64,000 nucleotides of DNA, from the NCBI GenBank assembly GCA_027459665.1, contig DAIDHN010000001.1:72356-136355 (forward strand), written 5' to 3'. A model generated the notes under the pieces. The model ran no database searches, was not told where the DNA came from, and saw nothing but the letters and a program-made list of their open reading frames with translations. This document shows, in pieces, positions 56,438 through 64,000 of this stretch. The stretch is from Chthonomonadaceae bacterium (GTDB lineage: Bacteria > Armatimonadota > Chthonomonadetes > Chthonomonadales > Chthonomonadaceae). Within the stretch, counting starts at the first letter, position 1. Every line of letters begins with the position of its first letter. The position numbers and the translations under genes were made by a program.

Positions 56438-57436
56438 GTGAGCCTCTACGAAGGCAAAACGTATGGGGCGCTGCCCCTGTTTCATCCACAGCATTCAAGA
56501 ATTCTGCGCGAACCGCCGGGAGAAGGCAATGGCTGGTGGGCAGGCGCGCCAGGCGCGTGCTTTGATTCGCATTCCAACACGTTTTACCTGGTGTACAGAC
56601 TGCGCCAGCCAAGAGAACTGGGAAGAGGTTTGGAATGCCGCATTGCAGCAGGAGAAAACGGGGTGATTTTTCACGACATCTGGGCGCTCTCCAAAAGCAA
56701 CCTCGATGCCCTCTCGGTAGAAAGATGTGCGCTTACCCGCTCGGAAGAGGGCAAGTGGCAGCTGTTTCTCTCTTACGTAGGCGCTGTAGACGGCAAATGG
56801 CGAATTGGTATTCTGGAAGCCGATGAACCAGATGAATTTGACTCCAACTGCATTCATCCCTTTCTTGAACCAGATGCCCTCGGGGTAGAAGGGGTGAAAG
56901 ACCCCTGCATCTATCAGATTGGCCCGTTTCGCTATCTGTTGGTAAGCGTGGCGCAGCTGCGTGAAAACGTAAGCCCAGAAACATTGCAGCAGGCGCATGC
57001 GCAGGGCGATATTTACCGCACCGGATGCATTCGCTCGCGTACGTGGGCGGCCTTTTTACTGCCGGGGCAAAGCTTTGTGTGGCTGGGAGATGTTTCTCCT
57101 GCTGCAGCAGGCGGGCAGGAAGCAGGCTGGGACGCCTACTGCAGGCGCATTACCTCGCTTATCCCCCTGGATGCCGGTGGGTTTGCAGCATTCTACGATG
57201 GCAGCGCTACCGTGGAAGGAAATTACGAGGAACGAACCGGATTGGCATTCACCACTGATTTGCGGCAGTACACATCGCTCACACCCGATTCCCCTGCCCT
57301 GCAGTCGGAACATGGCAGCGGCGCACTGCGTTATGTAGATGTGCTGCCAGTGGGACATGAGTTATTTTACTACTACGAAATGGCGCGCCCCGACGGCAGC
57401 CACGACATGCGCGTAAGCGTGGTGGAGAGAACATGA
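56438..57436 (+). CDS. Hypothetical protein, likely 5-bladed beta-propeller glycosidase-like fold (GH43/GH130/DUF377-like)
   Basis: GTG-initiated ORF with ATGA overlap to the downstream dehydratase gene; motifs [23 protein letters not shown] reminiscent of beta-fructosidase-type propellers. Confidence 0.4.
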   Translation: MSLYEGKTYGALPLFHPQHSRILREPPGEGNGWWAGAPGACFDSHSNTFYLVYRLRQPRELGRGLECRIAAGENGVIFHDIWALSKSNLDALSVERCALTRSEEGKWQLFLSYVGAVDGKWRIGILEADEPDEFDSNCIHPFLEPDALGVEGVKDPCIYQIGPFRYLLVSVAQLRENVSPETLQQAHAQGDIYRTGCIRSRTWAAFLLPGQSFVWLGDVSPAAAGGQEAGWDAYCRRITSLIPLDAGGFAAFYDGSATVEGNYEERTGLAFTTDLRQYTSLTPDSPALQSEHGSGALRYVDVLPVGHELFYYYEMARPDGSHDMRVSVVERT

Positions 57437-58611
57437 AAATTACTGCTATAGAAACACTGGTATGCAATGCCAGAATGCGCAACTGGATTTTTGTAAAAGT
57501 ACTCACCGACCAGCCGGGGCTGTGGGGATGGGGAGAGGCCACGCTGGAGTGGCACACCCATTCCATACTCGGCGCTGTAGAAGACCTGAAGCCGCTGCTG
57601 ATTGGGCAAGACCCCACGCGCATAGAGTACCTGTGGCAAATGATGTACAGGCAGCACTTCTGGCACAGCAACGGCATAGTGCGCGCCACCGCACTTTCTG
57701 GTATAGACATAGCCCTCTGGGATATTTTAGGCAAATTGCACGGGGTACCCTGTCATAAGCTGTGGGGCGGCCCCGTGCGCGACTATATACGGCTCTACTG
57801 CCATTTGGGCGGCGGCAAAATGGAAGACTTTTACGAAACCTCGCCTGCCGATGCCACCCGGTTTGCAGACCTGGCGGTGCAGGCCGTGGAAAGCGGCTTC
57901 ACCGCCTTCAAAAGCATGGCTGTGCCCGAAACCATGCCCCTGGAAGGACTCAAGCCTGTGCGCTATGCAGAAAAGTGCGTGGCAGCCATGCGAGAGGCAG
58001 TAGGCGACAGCATAGACATTATGGTAGACTGCCATGCCCGCCCCTCGCCCCGTATGGGGGCGCTTTTTGCAAAAGCACTGGAGCCATATGGGCTGTACTG
58101 GTTTGAAGAACCCTGCTGGCCCGAAGCAGTAGAAGACATTGCCGCCATTCAGCGCATGGTAGCCACGCCCATTGCAACCGGAGAACGGCTGGTAACGCAG
58201 CATGCTGTGCGCGAGTACCTTGAAAAACGCGCCTGCAGCGTGCTGCAGTGCGACATTACCCACTGCGGAGGGCTGTCTGAAATTCGGCGCATTGCGGCCA
58301 TGGCAGAGGCATACCGGGTAGCTCTTGCCCCGCACAACCCGCAAGGGCCGGTAAGCACAGCAGCCTCGCTGGAGTTTGGTTTTTCGGCCCCCTCTTACAT
58401 CATCTGCGAATCGGTGCACAGTGATGTAGAATGGCGGCAGGACATAATGAGCGATTCCTTTGCAGTCGAACGCAGCGGCCGTACTGTGCGCCCATCAGAC
58501 AAGCCTGGCCTGGGCGTAGAGATAAACGAGGAAGAGGTGAGGAAGCATCCCTGGCAGCAGGAAATTTTGCAGCGCACCTTTTACCCCGACGGCAGCGTGG
58601 GAGACTGGTAG
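57433..58611 (+). CDS. Enolase-superfamily D-mannonate/D-galactonate dehydratase family protein
   Basis: [41 protein letters not shown]...[23 protein letters not shown] signature of the ManD/DgoD subgroup; metal-binding D/E/D region present (DCHARP, FEEP). Confidence 0.8.
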   Translation: MKITAIETLVCNARMRNWIFVKVLTDQPGLWGWGEATLEWHTHSILGAVEDLKPLLIGQDPTRIEYLWQMMYRQHFWHSNGIVRATALSGIDIALWDILGKLHGVPCHKLWGGPVRDYIRLYCHLGGGKMEDFYETSPADATRFADLAVQAVESGFTAFKSMAVPETMPLEGLKPVRYAEKCVAAMREAVGDSIDIMVDCHARPSPRMGALFAKALEPYGLYWFEEPCWPEAVEDIAAIQRMVATPIATGERLVTQHAVREYLEKRACSVLQCDITHCGGLSEIRRIAAMAEAYRVALAPHNPQGPVSTAASLEFGFSAPSYIICESVHSDVEWRQDIMSDSFAVERSGRTVRPSDKPGLGVEINEEEVRKHPWQQEILQRTFYPDGSVGDW

Positions 58612-58654
58612 CCTGCGGGTTTTGCTGAATCTGCTGTGCAGCTGGCAGGCGAAT

Positions 58655-60178
58655 TTACAACGAGGCATGCTTCGTAGGCGGAGCATTCTTTTTGAATATA
58701 TAGTAAATGTAGCTGGTTGGCGTAAGTTCAAACGTATGCGCCAGATGATAGTACGCCGACCAGCGAACCCCCTGGGCATTTGCTGCCGCCTTTACATGGT
58801 CCAGTTCTCCAGGGCGCAAAATGCACCAGGTGGGCTGGTAAGCCATGGCAATATCATAGGGCGGATACACCGATTTGCTGTTGTAGTAACGCAGTACCTG
58901 CGGGGATACAAGCCCGATCACATCAAGCACTTTCATACCCGAATAATAGCCCACATAGCCTATTGGCTCAAGCATGACCACATCGCCTTTTTGGGCATGA
59001 CTGCGCAGCCATAGGCCCATTGGTTTGCGAACGGCATCTTCCACTTTCTGATCGAGATACAGTACTCTGCAAGAATAGCCGAAGCAGGCCAGAGTCAGCA
59101 GAACAGCAAAAGCTGGAGCTGCTTTTGCAAGGCTGGCAGCGCTGTTTTTTATGCCATTGTGTACAAAACTAATGCCAAAAGAACCAAGCAGATACAAAAC
59201 AGGCAGAGGCGGCACAAGGTACCACGTAAAAAGCAGTATGCGCGAAATAACAAAGCTGCCCCAGTACACCATAAGCCAGGCAAGAGGCCAGAGAACATCG
59301 TATGATTTTTTGCACAGCAGGCTGTACACGCCAAGTATGCCGGCAATGGTAAATGGCGCCCCGTAGGGAAAACCGAAAAAAACCTGAACAAGCCTGGGAA
59401 TTTGCGGAAAGCGCCGAAGAATGGGGTTGGCCAGATGATCTGCACGCCAACCGTATACCGTAGATTTGGCGAAGGCGGTGCCGGGCAGAGGGGTGCCGTA
59501 CCAATGCCATGCTGCCAGCAGAAACGGCGCAAGAATCGCCAGCGTGATCAGCGCCTGTCTCACAGGCATCTTGCCGGTATTGCGCCACAACTGCAGCAAA
59601 ACGAGAAAAACTATCAGCAGCGCGTCCCATCGAATCAGCACAACCACCGCCGCCGCTATTGGCCAGAGCGCAGTTTCGCCCTCCAGTGCAAGAACCCATA
59701 AAAGCGTTCCACCCAGGGTCACGAGGCCGGTTTCCATGCCCGAAACCGCCCAGTTCATCTGCAATGGGCAGATGCAGGCCAGAAAAGCAGCAGTCAAGCC
59801 TGTTTTTCTGTCGCCGCCAAGCGCAAGCGCCCAGCGATAGAGCAATGGGCACAACAACGAGTCGGCCGCAATGTTGAGCAGTTTTCCCAGTATGGGGGCA
59901 GGCAGTTTTAGCCAGGCAAATGCGGCCAGAATGAGCGTATAGAGCGGTGTTGTGGTGCCAAGCACCCACTGATGCGGGTTGAATACCAGCCCTCTGCCGT
60001 GAGCAAGATTGTCTGCATAGCGCAGAGTAATCAGAAAATCCTCGCTGGTGAAACGGGTTGAAAGCATTAATGCTATTCGCAGTACAGCGGCCAAAACAGT
60101 AAGCCGCCAGACAAGCGGCGGAAGTGAGCGGGGACCGTAGAGCAGTTTTTTCAGGGTCTGCAGCATTTTATCATTCAT
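58655..60178 (-). CDS. Polytopic membrane glycosyltransferase (GT39/GT83 ArnT/PMT-like fold)
   Basis: 507 aa, about 12 TM helices, N-terminal SEDFLITLRYADNLAHGRGLVFNP loop motif resembling the DE/DxxY loop of ArnT-family enzymes. Confidence 0.45.
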   Translation of the reverse strand: MNDKMLQTLKKLLYGPRSLPPLVWRLTVLAAVLRIALMLSTRFTSEDFLITLRYADNLAHGRGLVFNPHQWVLGTTTPLYTLILAAFAWLKLPAPILGKLLNIAADSLLCPLLYRWALALGGDRKTGLTAAFLACICPLQMNWAVSGMETGLVTLGGTLLWVLALEGETALWPIAAAVVVLIRWDALLIVFLVLLQLWRNTGKMPVRQALITLAILAPFLLAAWHWYGTPLPGTAFAKSTVYGWRADHLANPILRRFPQIPRLVQVFFGFPYGAPFTIAGILGVYSLLCKKSYDVLWPLAWLMVYWGSFVISRILLFTWYLVPPLPVLYLLGSFGISFVHNGIKNSAASLAKAAPAFAVLLTLACFGYSCRVLYLDQKVEDAVRKPMGLWLRSHAQKGDVVMLEPIGYVGYYSGMKVLDVIGLVSPQVLRYYNSKSVYPPYDIAMAYQPTWCILRPGELDHVKAAANAQGVRWSAYYHLAHTFELTPTSYIYYIFKKNAPPTKHASL

Positions 60179-61200
60179 GAATCTGCTGCAGCATTTGCGC
60201 TGTGCATCAAAAATGCATACTGCATTTCAGCTTCTATTTTTTTCACTATCTGTTCGGCGGTTTCCACCGTTTCAATCTCGCCTGCCCCGGTTCCTGCGTA
60301 GCAGCAGAGGGCTTCCATGTTTCCGGTCATTCCGCTGCGCGGAGCGGTATCTTCGTATCGCAGCAGAGGCTCTCCGTGTGCAGAATAGGCAACCACATCG
60401 TTTTCCCCTGGTCTGCGGCCGGGCAGGGGGCAGCCAGCTGCCTCCCACTGCCGCAGGGTGCTGTTGCGCAATACGCGATGCAGGGCATCCGGCCATCCAT
60501 CCCTGTAGCAGAGGGTCAGCGCGGTATCCCCTGCTTTTGCTCTGCAGATCGCCTGTTTGTACTGCTCATGCGCCCTGCTTTCCAGGCTGGCCACAAAGCG
60601 GGTTCCCATCATCACCGCCCTGGCTCCCAAGCGCAGTGCATGCGCTGCCTCAAAACCATTGGCCATGCCTCCTGCAGCAACTACAGGCACTTCTTCTGCC
60701 TCTTTCAGTACTGCAGGCAGCAGGGTTTGCAGTTCTGTAGATGACTGTACGTGGCCGCCCGCCTCCATGCTCTGGCAGATCAGAAAGTCTACCCCCAGTT
60801 TTCGCCCCAGCTTTGCTCCTTCCGGGCTGCCAACCTGCAGGCCGCAAAGCGCCCCGGCCCTGTGCACCTGTTCAACCAGAGGGCCGGGGTCTCCCCATGA
60901 AAAGGCAACACAGGGTGCTCCGGCCAGCAATGCCGCCTCAAGTGCAAGCGGCTGAAAAGCAAGCGCAAAATTGACCAGAAAGAAAGCAGCAGCGTCGGCG
61001 CTGCGCACCTGATGAATATGCTGTGCGGCGTTTTCCGGGCTGGTCCAGGTAAGCCCCATAGAGCCAACCCCGCCCGCCCTGCACACTGCCGCACACAATT
61101 CAGGGCCGGCAATGCTGCCGGTAGGCGCCTGCCAGAGTGGTATGCGTGAAACAGGAAAGGTCACTGTGAGCGCTTTCTGTGAAAGATGCCCGAAATCCAT
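60175..61200 (-). CDS. Nitronate monooxygenase (NMO/2-nitropropane dioxygenase, FabK-like) family FMN enzyme
   Basis: IPLWQAPTGSIAGPELCAAVCRAGGVGSMG N-terminal FMN-barrel motif and VPVVAAGGMANGFEAAHALRLGARAVMMGTRFVAS C-terminal motif. Confidence 0.75.
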   Translation of the reverse strand: MDFGHLSQKALTVTFPVSRIPLWQAPTGSIAGPELCAAVCRAGGVGSMGLTWTSPENAAQHIHQVRSADAAAFFLVNFALAFQPLALEAALLAGAPCVAFSWGDPGPLVEQVHRAGALCGLQVGSPEGAKLGRKLGVDFLICQSMEAGGHVQSSTELQTLLPAVLKEAEEVPVVAAGGMANGFEAAHALRLGARAVMMGTRFVASLESRAHEQYKQAICRAKAGDTALTLCYRDGWPDALHRVLRNSTLRQWEAAGCPLPGRRPGENDVVAYSAHGEPLLRYEDTAPRSGMTGNMEALCCYAGTGAGEIETVETAEQIVKKIEAEMQYAFLMHSANAAADS

Positions 61201-61790
61201 CCGTCCAAAGTATCTCTGCCCTGCTCATACCGTTCATGTGCAAGCAGGTGCAGCAGGCCATGTTTGCTTTCTGCAGGCGATTCAGGTTCTACCGCCTGGC
61301 TGCCGGGCAAAACAAACTCGGCATCAAAGCGTGCAGTTTCCTGCTCTATTTTGTAGGGCACAGTGCTCACCATTTGCGAGGGAGAGATGAGGCAGAGCTT
61401 GAGTACAAGGTGATTTACCTCCCGAATGCGCTTCAGCCATGCTGTTCGCTGCCGTGCGTGCCACCGCATGTGTTCCTCGCGTGCAGGGTGGCCGGCAGGA
61501 AGCGCCGAGAGCCGCTGAAGCCGCTTGCGGTTTTCGGCAACCAGTTTGCTGCGCATATGCGATATTTCCAGGCGTTCCTGTTCTATATCGCGGCTGGTTT
61601 GAATCCAGTCTGGCAGAACGCCTGCATTTTTCAGCACCTGGTTTGCAATGCGGGCGGCCAGCGGAACCTGCTGGTCATGTTCCAGCGGCAGAGGCTCGCC
61701 TTTGCCTGGCAGGTTGTCAAACTTGCCTTCTTCTATGGCTTCCTGAATTTTTCTTTCAGCAATCAGCGCAATTACTTCCGGCTCTACCAT
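61161..61790 (-). CDS. DUF1992 (DnaJC28-like) domain protein
   Basis: IAERKIQEAIEEGKFDNLPGKGEPLPL is the signature opening of DUF1992. Confidence 0.6.
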   Translation of the reverse strand: MVEPEVIALIAERKIQEAIEEGKFDNLPGKGEPLPLEHDQQVPLAARIANQVLKNAGVLPDWIQTSRDIEQERLEISHMRSKLVAENRKRLQRLSALPAGHPAREEHMRWHARQRTAWLKRIREVNHLVLKLCLISPSQMVSTVPYKIEQETARFDAEFVLPGSQAVEPESPAESKHGLLHLLAHERYEQGRDTLDGWISGIFHRKRSQ

Positions 61791-61802
61791 CTCTGCCCCC
61801 GT

Positions 61803-63302
61803 TTAGCCGCGCAGAATCAGCCGCGCTCCAAACTGTACCGCTCCTGGAGAGCTGCCGGTAAAAATACGCGGCGTAATACCGGTTTCTTTTCTATATGTGC
61901 TGCACACCTGCAGAATCGCCTCATCTGTTTCCGGGTTGTTTGCACGTGCAAGTATCGCTACCGTGCCGCCCGATCCCCCTCCTGTAATGCGCGCTCCAAA
62001 CAGCCCTTTTTCCTGCCCGTGCTGCTGCACCAACTGCACCAGCAGATCAGTTTCCGGTGAACCCAGGTTCAGTCGTTCGCTGTATGAGAGGTGCGACTGA
62101 TACATCAGATCTCCGGCCTCCTGTATCAGCATGCGGTCTGGAGCGTCATCCTCCTCATTTTCCTGGCAGCCCTGTTCCAGGCGCATGCTGGCCAAATGCA
62201 TGAGGGCAATGAATGCCTTGCAGTGTTCATTTTCCAGTATGGGGTGTTCTGCGCAGCTGCGGGGGTGGTACGTCTCCTCAGGGTTTATCTGTGTGACAGT
62301 ATCTGGCAGCAGACCGTACAGATCGCTGAATTCCCTGCCTGTAATGGTTTCTGGCAGCAGGTGTTTGTACGCGGCAAACTCTGCACTGCTCATGCGGCAG
62401 AGATAGTTGTGCAAAAGCTGTCCGCCGCTTTCCAGCTGAATAATTTTCAGGCCCATAAATGCGCCTACGCGTGCGCGTGTGTAGTGCCCGCCCCCTACCG
62501 AGTGCTTCACCTGCGAATCTATACCCAAAAAACGCCAGCTGGCCGGCGCAGGCTGGTTGCCCAGCAGGTCATGCGGCTGGCATCGCAGGGCAAGCAGTGC
62601 GTTTTCTTTTCCAAGAGCCGAGGTTACCTGATCCATTATGCCGCAGGGTGCGCCTACAATCTGGTTTTCCACCCGCTGGCACCATGCCGCCAGGGTAAGG
62701 TCGCTGGGCTGAATGCCTGCCGCCTCGCTGAGGGCGTGCATGGTAGACACTTCCAGCGCTGCCGAAGACGAGACACCTGCCCCAGCGGGCACATCGCTTC
62801 GTACCAGTATGTTGGCTCCTCTTTCACCAAGCCGTGAATCTGCTCTGCCCTGCGACATGTTGCCATAGGCGGCCAGCATTACATAAAAGCATCCAGCCAC
62901 ATAAGCTGCCCAGCGTGTTTCCGGGCTGGCAGTCAGGGCGATGTGCACTTCTTCTGGCGTACGTATGCTGCCATCCGGGGCTACCATGGCATCCAGAGAA
63001 ATTTCTGCCTCCAGTTTTTCTCCCCCTGCCTCCGGGCTTACGCTCAAAATGCGCAGTGTGCGGTCATCGCGCCACTGCCATGCAGCACAGGCAGCTTGCG
63101 CAACAGGCATTTCAAGCACAATGCTGCCAGAATAATCTGCGACGCCTCCCATTACATCCAGCCGGCCGGGCGCGCGCGCACCCACAATGGGGCCTTCCCC
63201 ATCGAAATAGCCTGCCATTTCGCTATTCACAAATCGCTCAAACTCCAGCCAGCGCTCTTCTGCTGCCGCTGGAGGAGTGAGTGCAAACTCCTGGAAATCC
63301 AT
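61803..63302 (-). CDS. GHMP-family sugar kinase, galactokinase-like
   Basis: Galactokinase signature ARAPGRLDVMGGVADYSGSIVLEMPV, ATP motif PAGAGVSSSAALEVS and motif III ARITGGGSGGTVAIL. Confidence 0.7.
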   Translation of the reverse strand: MDFQEFALTPPAAAEERWLEFERFVNSEMAGYFDGEGPIVGARAPGRLDVMGGVADYSGSIVLEMPVAQAACAAWQWRDDRTLRILSVSPEAGGEKLEAEISLDAMVAPDGSIRTPEEVHIALTASPETRWAAYVAGCFYVMLAAYGNMSQGRADSRLGERGANILVRSDVPAGAGVSSSAALEVSTMHALSEAAGIQPSDLTLAAWCQRVENQIVGAPCGIMDQVTSALGKENALLALRCQPHDLLGNQPAPASWRFLGIDSQVKHSVGGGHYTRARVGAFMGLKIIQLESGGQLLHNYLCRMSSAEFAAYKHLLPETITGREFSDLYGLLPDTVTQINPEETYHPRSCAEHPILENEHCKAFIALMHLASMRLEQGCQENEEDDAPDRMLIQEAGDLMYQSHLSYSERLNLGSPETDLLVQLVQQHGQEKGLFGARITGGGSGGTVAILARANNPETDEAILQVCSTYRKETGITPRIFTGSSPGAVQFGARLILRG

Positions 63303-63610
63303 GCATTAACCTCCATTTTGTATAATAACCCCGCAAAGCCCTCTCTGTCAATGAGCAGGGGAGCACTATCAAAAAAAGCTCATGGCAATACGGGCATTTT
63401 GCTGCAGCAAGCATGCTTCTGCCGCATACCGCGCAGATACATGAGCTATGGCCCAAATTGCTGCAATACAACTCAAAATAGGCAGAATGCATTTGAAAAA
63501 TGGCAGAGAGGTGGTAAAATTCGCCAACGAAACAGAACCTCTGCGTGTTTTTTCAGTCTAGAGTAGTATCCTCACCAGACAAATGGGTTTCTGTGCGAAG
63601 GGTTTCACTC

Positions 63611-64000
63611 TTGAAGAAAGTTTTACTTATTTGCCACACTGCCCGGCCAAGCGGCGGTGTGCTTGCCATGGCTGTACTTGCCCGAACATTGGATAGTTCT
63701 TTTTACCAGCCCGTATCAGTTTTTTTTGCGGAGGGGCCTGTGCAGCAGAAGCTGCTGGAAGAAGGCCGGGAAACAGTGGTTTTTCCACTCTCCGAAAAGG
63801 TAGTTCAGCTTCGAAAAGACTCTCTGGGCAGAGGCATTTTTTTTCGGCTGGGCAGTTTGATGCATGCTGCGGCGGGCGTATGGCGCCTCTCCAGGTTTAT
63901 CCGAAGCCAGCAGCCCGATCTGGTACACACACACTCGCTCAAGGCAGACATAATGGCAGGGTTGGCAGCCCGCATTGCAAGAGTGCCTGTGATTTGGCAT
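63611..64000 (+). CDS. Glycosyltransferase family 4 protein, N-terminal part (continues beyond window)
   Basis: TTG-initiated LKKVLLICHTARPSGGVL... and QPDLVHTHSLKADIMAGLAARIARVPVIWH are the classic GT4 N-terminal motifs. Confidence 0.65.
   Translation, partial: MKKVLLICHTARPSGGVLAMAVLARTLDSSFYQPVSVFFAEGPVQQKLLEEGRETVVFPLSEKVVQLRKDSLGRGIFFRLGSLMHAAAGVWRLSRFIRSQQPDLVHTHSLKADIMAGLAARIARVPVIWH

Noticed and set aside
55205-56494. 429-codon ORF antisense to the J-domain/TPR gene
   Set aside because: Cys/Arg/His-rich, no domains; the sense strand encodes a textbook J domain, so the ORF is a by-product of GC-rich antisense reading
63716-64000. 94-codon minus-strand ORF at the window end
   Set aside because: The plus strand here encodes an unmistakable GT4 N-terminus (HTARPSGG...PDLVHTHS), so the minus-strand ORF is spurious

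Overview
This is a 64 kb chromosomal segment from a GC-rich bacterium (roughly 58-60% GC judged by eye), with about 48 protein-coding genes, one tRNA-Lys(CUU), and no rRNA, CRISPR array, transposase or integrase. A DUF1559 prepilin-like H-X9-DG protein next to a GntR regulator fused to a periplasmic-binding domain suggests a PVC- or Armatimonadota-type organism; this is inferred from gene content only.

The most notable locus is a seven-gene minus-strand operon at 6208-14215. It runs arsR, then NuoL/HyfB-like, NuoH/HyfC-like, HyfE-like and NuoN/HyfF-like membrane subunits, then a fused NuoC-NuoD/[NiFe]-hydrogenase large-subunit homologue, then a ferredoxin fused to a NuoB/hydrogenase small-subunit homologue. 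This copies the architecture of formate hydrogenlyase / hydrogenase-4 (group 4 energy-converting hydrogenases). However, the large subunit has lost both NiFe-ligating CxxC motifs (the N-terminal one reads SSDS). The NuoB-like domain has lost all four Cys that hold the proximal [4Fe-4S] cluster (CC to SA, C to S, CPP to HPP). The complex can therefore be neither a hydrogenase nor complex I. It is a cofactor-stripped 'Ehr'-type (energy-converting-hydrogenase-related) membrane module of unknown function, and it is co-transcribed with an ArsR regulator.

Other content worth a second look:
- a translationally coupled pair of large secreted proteins: a 1042-aa protein with Ig-like domains plus a 592-aa HEAT-repeat protein;
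- a subtilase whose C-terminus carries about 13 tandem 'NLIWGNN' heptads;
- a 500-bp AT-rich region dense with iterons immediately upstream of recF and a DciA-like (DUF721) gene;
- two tandem PilC-like (GspF-family) genes with inserted Ala/Pro-rich linkers, with no secretion ATPase in the window;
- recurrent AT-rich promoter motifs (AATATTC-N8-GAATATT and a shared 14-mer);
- a glycan-degradation gene cluster (glutaminase-A-like, a LamG-domain giant, a GH-A hydrolase).

Remaining genes include zwf, rpmE, dprA, plsC, folK, recF, a photolyase, an NfeD/flotillin pair, two MCPs and two PhyH-family dioxygenases.
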